IMG/VR virus record: IMGVR_UViG_2537562012_000007
Location: 1-40,599 of that record
Length of the DNA: 40,599 nt
Direction: 5' to 3' (one strand)
DNA from: a virus
Taxonomy: Duplodnaviria > Heunggongvirae > Uroviricota > Caudoviricetes
The notes beneath the pieces were generated by a model, which was given only the letters and a program-made list of their open reading frames with translations, made no database searches and was not told the DNA's origin. Below are positions 9,372 to 17,333 of this stretch, in pieces (position 1 is the stretch's first letter; every line of letters starts with the position of its first letter). Position numbers and translations under genes: made by a program.

Positions 9372-9799
9372 GCAATTGTGTAGACGCGTTGACGGTCGAA
9401 AGCATAGGAGGGTTGATTGATCGTTCTAGTTATGCTGTCAGAGCGAAAGCGCAGGAACTGGGTATCAATAGGATGTTAAGAGGGGGGGGGGGTATAACCA
9501 ATCAAAAAAACATCCGCAAAGCGATATTGAGCTAGTGCGGAAGCTTCATCAGTGTGGAGTTCCCCGCCGTGATATCGCTGTAAAACGCGAAATGTCCTTG
9601 GGCATGATTAATCAGTACGTTTATTTCGACAGGAGAGCGCATGAAGTTTGACATCTAGACAACTGGGGGAGCGCTGAAAACGTTCTTAATTGATGTTGGA
9701 TTCGCTTTACATACTGAACTGTTTGGCTGAAAGACACGGTAGTATCACCAATCAAGGTGCTTTTGATAAACGCTTGTGTGTTTGTTTTTTAATCCATTG

Positions 9800-9828
9800 T
9801 TGACAACTAGGTTAGTTTTCCATATCAT
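9800..9828 (+). promoter_or_regulatory. Sigma70-like promoter upstream of the ParA-like gene
   Basis: TTGACA (9800-9805), 17 bp spacer, TATCAT (9823-9828). Confidence 0.5.
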
Positions 9829-9858
9829 CAATAAAAGTGTAAAACTAATGGTGGCGAT

Positions 9859-10905
9859 ATGACTAGTGAATCAAATGTTAATGCTCTGATAGAGCGTCAA
9901 TTCGAAGTTGCTGACGGTAATGTAAGAAGTCTTAATTTGCCGAAATATGATAAATATACAGTATGTAATTTACGGGGAGGCATTGGTAAGACATCTTTAA
10001 CTTTTAATCTGTCATATTTGGCGGATAACGCATTAATCGTGGATACGTGCCCGCAAGGAAATTTATCATATTTTTTTGACAATAATTATGCATCTTCGTC
10101 TAGCACAACTGCAAATGACCTCTTAATGCCTTATTTTGTTCCAGGGCTTGGATTTGCAACGCGTGCTGCAAAGCTAGTATCATCAACTAATGCTTGGTTT
10201 GCGGGCAAGAATAACTATTTTATTCAATCTGATAGTCAACTTTATCTTCTACCTACGCAAATGGCGAATGCTCTGGCTCAAGCCAGAACAATTTCTGGGG
10301 CTACTCAGCAGGTTGTTATTGATACAATTCTTTTTTCTCTGAAGAAAGAAATAGCCAGAGAAATGGTTGAAACTGGTACTACAAAAGCGTTAATTGATAC
10401 ATCACCTTTTTTCTCTGGAGCGACGCATTTATCTTGGCATGCAACAGATGCTTTAATAGTTCCAGTGAGGACAGATCAGCAATCGATTAATTCATTAAGA
10501 TTACTTATTGATACTCTGACTAAACCAACATCAGAATTTAGAAAGATAATGCCGTCTGATGGCCATACACCAAAAATTCAGATGGTGGTTATTACCCATT
10601 GCGGATGGTCAACAGTGGCAGGAGCAAGGAATAAACCAAATCAACAGACAAAAATGTACATCGAAGCTGTAAGAGAGGTAATTCGACAAAATATTAGTAA
10701 TTTTACAACAGATGATCCTAATAATCACATTGTGATTCTTGATGATTTTCTGGGTAGTGGCAGAATGTCAAGTGCTAAGTCTAAACCATTAGAGTTGTTA
10801 AATCCAGGAGATGCAATGACTGTGAATAGAGTTAGGACATCCGTGAATTTATCTGTTAACAAAATAAAAAATGAATTAAAGTTCATTCACAACTCCATAT
10901 GGTAA
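9859..10905 (+). CDS. ParA/MinD-family P-loop ATPase with C-terminal extension
   Basis: Deviant Walker A CNLRGGIGKTSLT followed by DTCPQGN, as in ParA/Soj; 348 aa; markedly AT-rich codon usage by eye relative to the phage backbone. Confidence 0.75.
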   Translation: MTSESNVNALIERQFEVADGNVRSLNLPKYDKYTVCNLRGGIGKTSLTFNLSYLADNALIVDTCPQGNLSYFFDNNYASSSSTTANDLLMPYFVPGLGFATRAAKLVSSTNAWFAGKNNYFIQSDSQLYLLPTQMANALAQARTISGATQQVVIDTILFSLKKEIAREMVETGTTKALIDTSPFFSGATHLSWHATDALIVPVRTDQQSINSLRLLIDTLTKPTSEFRKIMPSDGHTPKIQMVVITHCGWSTVAGARNKPNQQTKMYIEAVREVIRQNISNFTTDDPNNHIVILDDFLGSGRMSSAKSKPLELLNPGDAMTVNRVRTSVNLSVNKIKNELKFIHNSIW

Positions 10906-11250
10906 ATGACATTTTATTTGAATAATCTGGATTGATAATCATTGTTACATTAATTGTTATTAATTCTAAATAATCCTATCGTTCTTCAGGATGAGATAAT
11001 TTATATTTATTTGTGTTGTGATTTTTTGAATTTATTTAGGTTTATGAACTGTTTTAGATGAAATGAATCATGAATACGAAATTGTTGCGGTACTGATAAC
11101 GAGGAAAGACCTCTGCGAGGTACGAATCCGAACCGGCCAGACGGAGGTCGCTGTCTTCACAGCTTACGAACCTGAGGAGTAAGAGACCAGGCGAGGGAGA
11201 AATCCCTCGCCACCTCTGATGTGTCAGGCATCCTCAACGCACCCGCACTT

Positions 11251-11273
11251 AACCCGCTTCGGCGGGGTTTTTA
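11251..11273 (+). terminator. Rho-independent terminator
   Basis: ACCCGC-TTCG-GCGGG stem-loop followed by a T-run. Confidence 0.6.
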
Positions 11274-11355
11274 TTGGTTGACAAAATTATGAATATGCAC
11301 CAATATCTTGGTTGACAAAAGTCGTTTTTTGCACGGATTAGGCGGAGAAGTGTCT

Positions 11356-11949
11356 ATGCAGAACCATCCATTCCCTTGGGAGTTCTTTCCTGAGTTAACA
11401 GAGGAGCGTTTAACCATTATAGCTGAGGAGTTGCTCAGGATACAGGATATTACTCATGAGTTATTGTCATCGCCCTATGATGATAATTACACTCGTGGTG
11501 GTTGTACATTTGGGCGTCAGCGGCAGGCGTTGCTACAAATGTGCGTACGAAAGACATATGACTGGTTAAGACTACTTAATCCTGGCATGGATCTTACGTT
11601 TTCAATTGGGAATGTCCCTATTCGTTTCTTTACTGATGACGCAGATAACCCCAAGAAACGCGGTTTTTTCAAAAGAAATGATGCTGATCGACTCTTCGAG
11701 TCAGAGGAGACTACTCCAACTATGCATCGCTTTGTGGTTGAAAAGCCTGAATTTGAAGGCGAGGGTGGTAGAGTCATTTTTAATGGCTATAACGTGTTTG
11801 GTGAGATCGTGTCAACTTGGACATATGGTGCGGACCGTGTTGTTATGCTGAACTCTGTCGATGATGTACCTCCAGCACCGGTACCTATCGAACTAGAACC
11901 TATCAGTGCGTCTAAGACTGAGAAGGAAAAGAAACAAAATAGCAAATAG
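11356..11949 (+). CDS. Hypothetical acidic protein (197 aa), accessory cassette
   Basis: ATG at 11356 with GGAG RBS; the TTG at 11308 used by the track lies inside a promoter-like repeat; no recognisable domain. Confidence 0.6.
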   Translation: MQNHPFPWEFFPELTEERLTIIAEELLRIQDITHELLSSPYDDNYTRGGCTFGRQRQALLQMCVRKTYDWLRLLNPGMDLTFSIGNVPIRFFTDDADNPKKRGFFKRNDADRLFESEETTPTMHRFVVEKPEFEGEGGRVIFNGYNVFGEIVSTWTYGADRVVMLNSVDDVPPAPVPIELEPISASKTEKEKKQNSK

Positions 11950-11959
11950 TGGGTGAAAT

Positions 11960-13081
11960 GTGTTTAACGGTACTAATTTAAGACTTGCTCGTCTGTATCA
12001 CGAGCTATCTCTGGAGCAGGTTGCTGAGAAGGTTGAAAAAACACGCCAGTATGTACAGCGACTGGAGTCTGGTTCAGCTACTCCATCCCCAGAGCTTATA
12101 AATAAATTAGCCGAGGTTTTGCGCGTGAAGCCCGCCTTTTTCGAAGGGCAGGAACATTCTCCTGTTAATGAAGAGATTGTACATTTTCGTAAACGCGCCT
12201 CGACAAGGATGTCAACGAAGCTATCAACACTCGCTAAGGCTGAGTTTTATCGTCGTTTTATTGATGTATTTGAAGATAACCTTAATTTGTCACCTGTTCG
12301 ATTTCCTGAATTTCGTGTCCATACACAAGAAGATATCGAGCGAGCGGCAGAAAAATGTCGTATTGAGTGGGGCTTAGGCTTTGGCCCAATTGAAAATATG
12401 ACTCGCCTTGCCGAGAAACTTGGGGCGTTTGTTACTTCATTTGACTCCGTTTCGGATGAAGTAGATGCACTGTCTGTTCCTCTACGAAGGCCTTTTATTG
12501 TTCGAAATACAGCTAAAAATTCACCTTGTAGGCAACGCTTTGATATTGCTCATGAGGTTGCCCATTTGATTCTTCATGAAGGAATTTCTACTGGGGATAG
12601 ATTAACTGAATCCCAGGCAAACCGTTTTGCCTCTGCTCTGTTGCTTCCCAGAACGTCGATGGCGAAATATTTTCCAAGACCTGTGGGGGGGAGGATAAAT
12701 TGGCAGGGACTAAGCCAATTTAAGTTGACATGGAAAGTAAGTAAGGCTGCCATTGTTTACAGGGCTCATCAATTAGGACTTTTGACTGATGAGCAGTACA
12801 GAACTGCATTTATGGGGTTGAAACGGAAAGGGGAAGCTATTGATGAAAAAGAAGATTATCTAATCCCTCATGAGCGTCCTGAGTTATTCCGTCGGGCTTT
12901 ATCGTTTTTATTTGAAGAGTTAGGATACGACCCACAGCGTATAGCTGATGAAATGGATATAGAAGTGGACATTTTTTATGAGTTAGTAGGAGATGATCTT
13001 CCTGCGGTTCATGAACTGCCAGGAAGTGGTGATGTTGTTTCACTACAATCTTACCGAACTCTTAGAGGCAAAATTCACTAG
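11960..13081 (+). CDS. XRE-family HTH fused to ImmA/IrrE-type zinc metallopeptidase
   Basis: N-terminal HTH (LRLARLYHELSLEQVAEKVEKTRQYVQRLESG), central HEVAHLILHE (HExxH) motif typical of ImmA/IrrE (COG2856-like); GTG start. Confidence 0.8.
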   Translation: MFNGTNLRLARLYHELSLEQVAEKVEKTRQYVQRLESGSATPSPELINKLAEVLRVKPAFFEGQEHSPVNEEIVHFRKRASTRMSTKLSTLAKAEFYRRFIDVFEDNLNLSPVRFPEFRVHTQEDIERAAEKCRIEWGLGFGPIENMTRLAEKLGAFVTSFDSVSDEVDALSVPLRRPFIVRNTAKNSPCRQRFDIAHEVAHLILHEGISTGDRLTESQANRFASALLLPRTSMAKYFPRPVGGRINWQGLSQFKLTWKVSKAAIVYRAHQLGLLTDEQYRTAFMGLKRKGEAIDEKEDYLIPHERPELFRRALSFLFEELGYDPQRIADEMDIEVDIFYELVGDDLPAVHELPGSGDVVSLQSYRTLRGKIH

Positions 13082-13085
13082 GCAT

Positions 13086-13108
13086 AACCCGCTTCGGCGG
13101 GTTTTTTG
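13086..13108 (+). terminator. Rho-independent terminator, near-identical to the one at 11251
   Basis: ACCCGC-TTCG-GCGGGT followed by TTTTTT; shares the core TAACCCGCTTCGGCGGG with 11249-11267. Confidence 0.65.
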
Positions 13109-13182
13109 TTTTACGTATTCTGGTTTACAATCTACAGGCCAGCCTGAACAACTGGCACCTGCTGCGCCAGCAGAGAAAACCG

Positions 13183-13455
13183 ATGGCGCACAATACCAAA
13201 CATCACAATTCTGATACCGACCTTGCCAGCTGGCACGGGCGGCGTTCTCATACATTCAAATATGACTGGTACCAGCATGCCCCATGCACTGAAGAACAGG
13301 CCGAATGGCTGATTCAGAACTACCGCAGGCGTGGGTACGACTTTCAGAAAGACCTCGGCCCTGACTTCCGACACTGGATAATTTCTGTCAGGCTCCCTTA
13401 TTCCGAACGCCCACCGCGTCCGTCCCGCACATTCCAGCAACGCATCTGGAGGTAA
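13183..13455 (+). CDS. Hypothetical protein (90 aa), nin-like region
   Basis: ATG-initiated ORF; no recognisable domain. Confidence 0.45.
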   Translation: MAHNTKHHNSDTDLASWHGRRSHTFKYDWYQHAPCTEEQAEWLIQNYRRRGYDFQKDLGPDFRHWIISVRLPYSERPPRPSRTFQQRIWR

Positions 13456-13456
13456 C

Positions 13457-14506
13457 GTGCGGGTATTACTTCGACCTGTTCTGGTGCCGGAACTTGGGGT
13501 GGTTATCGTTAAGCCAGGTCGTGAATCCATGCAGGTATTCCATAACGGCAGAGTGCTGGTTGAACCGGAGCCAAAAAGCATGCGCGGTCTGCCGTCCGGG
13601 GTCGTTCCTGCCGTTCGCCAGCCGCTGGCGGAGGATAAATCATTACTGCCATTTTTCAGCGATGAGCGGGTGATTCGTGCTGCTGGTGGTGCTGGTGCAT
13701 TGTCTGACTGGCTGTTGCGCCATATTAAATCCTGCCAGTGGCCACACGGCGATTATCATCACAGCGAAACCGTCATTCACCGTTATGGTACCGGCGCAAT
13801 GGTGTTGTGCTGGCACTGCGACAACCAGCTGCGTGACCAGACATCCGAATCACTCGAGCAACTTGCTCATCAAAACCTGTCAGCATGGATGATTGACGTC
13901 ATCGGTCACGCAATAAGCGGTACGCAGGAGCGTGAATTATCTCTGGCTGAATTATCCTGGTGGGCGGTCCGCAATCAGGTGGCGGACGCGCTACCGGAAG
14001 CGGTATTACGTCGTTCGCTGGGGTTGCGTGTGGAAAAAATCCGCTCCATGTACCGTGAAAGCGACATCGTACCGGGAGAGCAGACCGCCACCAGCATACT
14101 GAAACAGCGCACAAAAAATCTTGCGCCGCTGCCTCACGCCCACCAGCAACAGAACCCACCACAGGAAAAGACGGTGGTCAGCATTGCCGTTGATCCTGAG
14201 TCTCCGGAATCTTTCATGAAACGACCTAAACGTCGCCGCTGGGTTAACGAGAAATACACTCGCTGGGTGAAGACACAGCCGTGTGCGTGTTGTGGTAAGC
14301 CAGCCGACGATCCCCATCACCTGATTGGTCATGGTCAGGGCGGAATGGGGACAAAATCTCACGATATTTTCACGCTACCGCTGTGTCGGGAGCATCACAA
14401 CGAGCTTCATGCGGATCCGCTGGCGTTCGAAGAAAAGCATGGTTCTCAGGTTGATTTAATTTTTCGTTTTCTTGATCACGCCTTTGCAACTGGCGTGCTT
14501 GGGTAA
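13457..14506 (+). CDS. DUF968-like prophage protein (YdfU-like)
   Basis: 349 aa; C-terminal CxxC ... HH-rich region (CACCGKPADDPHHLIGHGQGG ... CREHHNELH) as in Qin YdfU-type proteins by recollection; GGAGG RBS before the GTG start. Confidence 0.55.
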   Translation: MRVLLRPVLVPELGVVIVKPGRESMQVFHNGRVLVEPEPKSMRGLPSGVVPAVRQPLAEDKSLLPFFSDERVIRAAGGAGALSDWLLRHIKSCQWPHGDYHHSETVIHRYGTGAMVLCWHCDNQLRDQTSESLEQLAHQNLSAWMIDVIGHAISGTQERELSLAELSWWAVRNQVADALPEAVLRRSLGLRVEKIRSMYRESDIVPGEQTATSILKQRTKNLAPLPHAHQQQNPPQEKTVVSIAVDPESPESFMKRPKRRRWVNEKYTRWVKTQPCACCGKPADDPHHLIGHGQGGMGTKSHDIFTLPLCREHHNELHADPLAFEEKHGSQVDLIFRFLDHAFATGVLG

Positions 14507-14518
14507 AAGAGGTGACTG

Positions 14519-14890
14519 ATGCTCATAGATTTGGTTTTACCTTCCCCGCCGACGGTGAACACTTACTGGCGACGCCGTGGCAGCACATATTTTATCTCGG
14601 AGGAGGGAAAGCGTTATCGCCGGGCTGTGGCGCTTATTGTTCGCCAGCAGCGGCTGAAATTAAGCCTGTCCGGAAGGCTGGCGATAAAGGTGATTGCAGA
14701 GCCACCGGATAAGCGCCGCCGCGACCTGGACAATATCCTGAAGGCACCACTGGATGCGCTGACGCATGCCGGACTACTTATAGACGACGAGCAGTTTGAT
14801 GAAATCAATATTGTGCGCGGTCAGCTCGTTCCTGGTGGGCGGCTGGGCGTGAAGATTTGCGAAATCAGAGGCGATGGTAATGGGGCGTGA
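14519..14890 (+). CDS. rusA: Holliday junction resolvase RusA
   Basis: 123 aa; PSPPTVNTYWRR ... DKRRRDLDNILKAPLDALTHAGLLIDDEQ matches the RusA family. Confidence 0.85.
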   Translation: MLIDLVLPSPPTVNTYWRRRGSTYFISEEGKRYRRAVALIVRQQRLKLSLSGRLAIKVIAEPPDKRRRDLDNILKAPLDALTHAGLLIDDEQFDEINIVRGQLVPGGRLGVKICEIRGDGNGA

Positions 14891-15230
14891 TATGTATGAG
14901 GTTTTAGATCGCTGGGGGGCATGGGCTGCAGCAGAAAATAGCGGTGTCGATTGGCAACCGATAGCAGCGGGCTTCAAGGGGCTTTTGCCACATGGCAAAA
15001 AGTCACGTCTCCAGTGTGATGATGATGAAGGCATCATGATAGACGGTTGTGTGGCTCGGTTGCGAAAGGATAAACCAGAGGAATATGAGCTGCTCATAGC
15101 TCACTTTGTTATTGGTGTTTCTCTACGCTCAATCGCGAAGAAACGCAGGTGCTCAGATGGAACTATAAGAAAGGAGCTGCAAACTGCATTAGGCTTTATT
15201 GATGGATGTATATGCTTGATTCTATCATAA
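14880..15230 (+). CDS. Late-gene antiterminator Q (quuD/phage-82 type)
   Basis: MGRDMYEVLDRWGAWAAAENSGVDWQPIAAGFKGLLP...CDDDEG closely resembles DLP12 QuuD as recalled; the start may instead be the ATG at 14874. Confidence 0.8.
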   Translation: MGRDMYEVLDRWGAWAAAENSGVDWQPIAAGFKGLLPHGKKSRLQCDDDEGIMIDGCVARLRKDKPEEYELLIAHFVIGVSLRSIAKKRRCSDGTIRKELQTALGFIDGCICLILS

Positions 15231-15243
15231 GTTATGACTGTTA

Positions 15244-15630
15244 CTACTCGTTTGCTTGAGCTTTCGATTCGGCGTCAGATAAAGCATCAATACGAATATT
15301 TATGTTTTTTAATAGCTTATTGTCTAGATCGATAAGACATTGGTTGTAGTGCGCAATTTGGTCTGGTGTTAGGTTAGGGTTGGCCAGGCAGTTCGTGATG
15401 AATTTTCTGGCCGTTTTTATTTCCCTTTTCATTCTTACATCATTAAGCGTAGGCAAACCTATGTAAGCGATAAGAAGAATTACCACATGAGATAAGCCGA
15501 CAGCAGCTCCAGGCGCCAATGATTTGAAGAAGGCTAATTGAGGAAGCCAGTCAAAAAGGAAATTCAATCCCGCAGTGATAAGGGTGGTAAACCATGCCTG
15601 CATTGCCAGGTAGGATTTAGTGTTCGCCAT
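15244..15630 (-). CDS. Predicted membrane protein (128 aa; two hydrophobic helices), moron operon gene 3
   Basis: GGAAGGTGA RBS; start overlaps the upstream gene stop; hydrophobic segments FTTLITAGLNFLF and GLSHVVILLIAYIGL. Confidence 0.6.
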   Translation of the reverse strand: MANTKSYLAMQAWFTTLITAGLNFLFDWLPQLAFFKSLAPGAAVGLSHVVILLIAYIGLPTLNDVRMKREIKTARKFITNCLANPNLTPDQIAHYNQCLIDLDNKLLKNINIRIDALSDAESKAQANE

Positions 15631-15876
15631 TCACCTTCCTGCACTTGCTTCGTTGCGAGTTTTGAGTTCGCGTAGCAGTAGCGCCAACTCTTCTGCGTCA
15701 TTTTCGTTTCTAACGCTGACTTTCCTTTTAGCGGTTCTGCCTTCAGGATCGGTGTAGGTTAGTTCAATATACGCATTCGGCTTTACCCAAACCAAGAACC
15801 TAAGCACAGCATATCTGACCGTCGCTGCGACAGCCATGAATACAGTGATGTAAAGCATAATGCTTAGGATTGACAT
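15631..15876 (-). CDS. Predicted small membrane protein (81 aa; N-terminal TM), moron operon gene 2
   Basis: AGGAAA RBS; N-terminal hydrophobic helix ILSIMLYITVFMAVAATV. Confidence 0.55.
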   Translation of the reverse strand: MSILSIMLYITVFMAVAATVRYAVLRFLVWVKPNAYIELTYTDPEGRTAKRKVSVRNENDAEELALLLRELKTRNEASAGR

Positions 15877-15879
15877 GAT

Positions 15880-16758
15880 TTAAAGTAGTTTCCTATCTGC
15901 CGCCGCTCTGTGGCGTATAACCTTAGTAATACTATAGCGTGGTTTAGACAGCGCGCCATTTGTTTCTTTTGTTGTTTCTGTCAGTTCTACAACAAAAAGA
16001 TCACCCTTACAGAATGCTGCTTGGTTGTGTTCAACCCGTTCAAGAAAAGCCTCATCTTTCATAGATGCACTAACTTCTTCGCCATTTGGCAGGATGATAT
16101 CCCAGCTTTTGCCTTGCTTGAATCGAACATTAGCAAAATGTACATTAGCTTGGCGTGTCGTTACGTGCGTTTTCTCGACAAAGGTGGATTTTGCAGTTTT
16201 AAAACTTACTGCTTCAGCTTGCGTCACCCTGACTACCTTATGCTTCTGCTGTGAAACTGAGAACGTGGATGGTTTTTCAGTCTGCAGGGGTTTATAGATT
16301 AATTTATCCAGTTCTTTTCGGATGATTGGACTGGTTATTAATTTTTGAATGTCGTTACTGCATTTAACCTTCTCACCATCCACTTCGATTTCTGCTGTAT
16401 CTTTTTGTTCATCGACGACAATGGAGCTGATTTTACGCCCTTTGAGCCATTCGATTATCCCGAGTACGCCACCTGCGGCAACTCCACCACCTGCAACGAG
16501 GCCAAGGGCGTTAATAGTTTTTATGCTCCCCATCACAGCAACAAGCAAAGTAAATGAACCTTCTTTTGTTGCCTTGATGTTGACTTTCGGCTCTGCTGTT
16601 TCGCCATTAATTATTTTTTCGGCGTGTTCAATCAGGGCACTAAGAGAGGTTAAGGCTTCGCCTAATGTTTTCGCGTCGATCTGATTATCTGCGTATGCCT
16701 CTCCACCGTAGGCAATTTCGATTTCTGTTATTGGCATGTTTTCGAGTTGCTGCGTCAT
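15880..16758 (-). CDS. Hypothetical protein (about 292 aa) with central glycine-zipper hydrophobic segment, moron operon gene 1
   Basis: Likely start is the ATG at 16758 (AGGA about 10 nt upstream); the track uses a GTG at 16791; central LGLVAGGGVAAGGVLGIIEW segment. Confidence 0.6.
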   Translation of the reverse strand: MTQQLENMPITEIEIAYGGEAYADNQIDAKTLGEALTSLSALIEHAEKIINGETAEPKVNIKATKEGSFTLLVAVMGSIKTINALGLVAGGGVAAGGVLGIIEWLKGRKISSIVVDEQKDTAEIEVDGEKVKCSNDIQKLITSPIIRKELDKLIYKPLQTEKPSTFSVSQQKHKVVRVTQAEAVSFKTAKSTFVEKTHVTTRQANVHFANVRFKQGKSWDIILPNGEEVSASMKDEAFLERVEHNQAAFCKGDLFVVELTETTKETNGALSKPRYSITKVIRHRAAADRKLL

Positions 16759-16878
16759 CAAAAGCATCCTTTGCGCAAGAGAAATAGCCACAGGATACAG
16801 ATAATTATGAAAAAATCACTAACGCGTACGCAAAAACTATCTTAATCTGTTAAGAGTGGTCGCTTCGCCACACAACTT

Positions 16879-16903
16879 AAACCCGCATCAAGCGGGTTTT
16901 TTT
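16879..16903 (+). terminator. Rho-independent terminator, possibly bidirectional
   Basis: ACCCGC-ATCAA-GCGGGT followed by TTTTTTT; A-rich on the 5' side. Confidence 0.6.
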
Positions 16904-16985
16904 GTGTCACTTATCTCGGATAGACATGGTGAATGCGCTGGTGGAGGAGATAAGGGTGATTTTTAACCAGGTGATTTTTGAATGC

Positions 16986-17014
16986 TTGCAACATTGATTT
17001 CGTAACGTTATTAT
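16986..17014 (+). promoter_or_regulatory. Strong sigma70-like promoter upstream of the tRNA cluster; candidate late promoter (pR' analogue)
   Basis: TTGCAA (16986-16991), 17 bp spacer, TATTAT (17009-17014); predicted start just before tRNA 1. Confidence 0.5.
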
Positions 17015-17023
17015 CCTGCGCCC

Positions 17024-17099
17024 GGCCCTTTAGCTCAGTGGTGAGAGCGAGCGACTCATAATCGCCAGGTCGCTGGTTCAAATCCAGCAAGGGCCACCA
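17024..17099 (+). tRNA. ileZ: tRNA-Ile2-like (anticodon CAU)
   Basis: Manual cloverleaf: acceptor GGCCCTT/AAGGGCC, D-arm GCTC/GAGC, anticodon loop CTCATAA, T-loop TTCAAAT, CCA end; resembles E. coli tRNA-Ile2 more than elongator tRNA-Met by recollection. Confidence 0.8.
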
Positions 17100-17100
17100 A

Positions 17101-17177
17101 CCGCCACTAGCTCATCAGGAAAGAGCGTCAACCCTTTAAGTTGAGTGTGCGAGGTTCGAGTCCCCGGTGGCGGTCCA
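17101..17177 (+). tRNA. tRNA-like gene, anticodon apparently UUU (Lys-like), atypical
   Basis: Acceptor CCGCCAC/GTGGCGG, anticodon stem TCAAC/GTTGA with loop CCTTTAA (C at position 33), T-loop TTCGAGT, CCA end; D-loop lacks the usual GG. Confidence 0.55.
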
Positions 17178-17179
17178 GT

Positions 17180-17255
<76 letters not shown>

Positions 17256-17258
17256 TAT

Positions 17259-17333
<75 letters not shown>

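Noticed and set aside
9372-9858. Insertion sequence or transposase remnant
   Set aside because: No terminal inverted repeats or target-site duplication identified and the translated fragments are too short to assign; reported as a degenerate segment instead.
11080-11275. Retron msr-msd or type III antitoxin RNA
   Set aside because: No reverse transcriptase gene follows, and there are no tandem direct repeats of the kind type III antitoxins have; kept only as an unclassified structured element.
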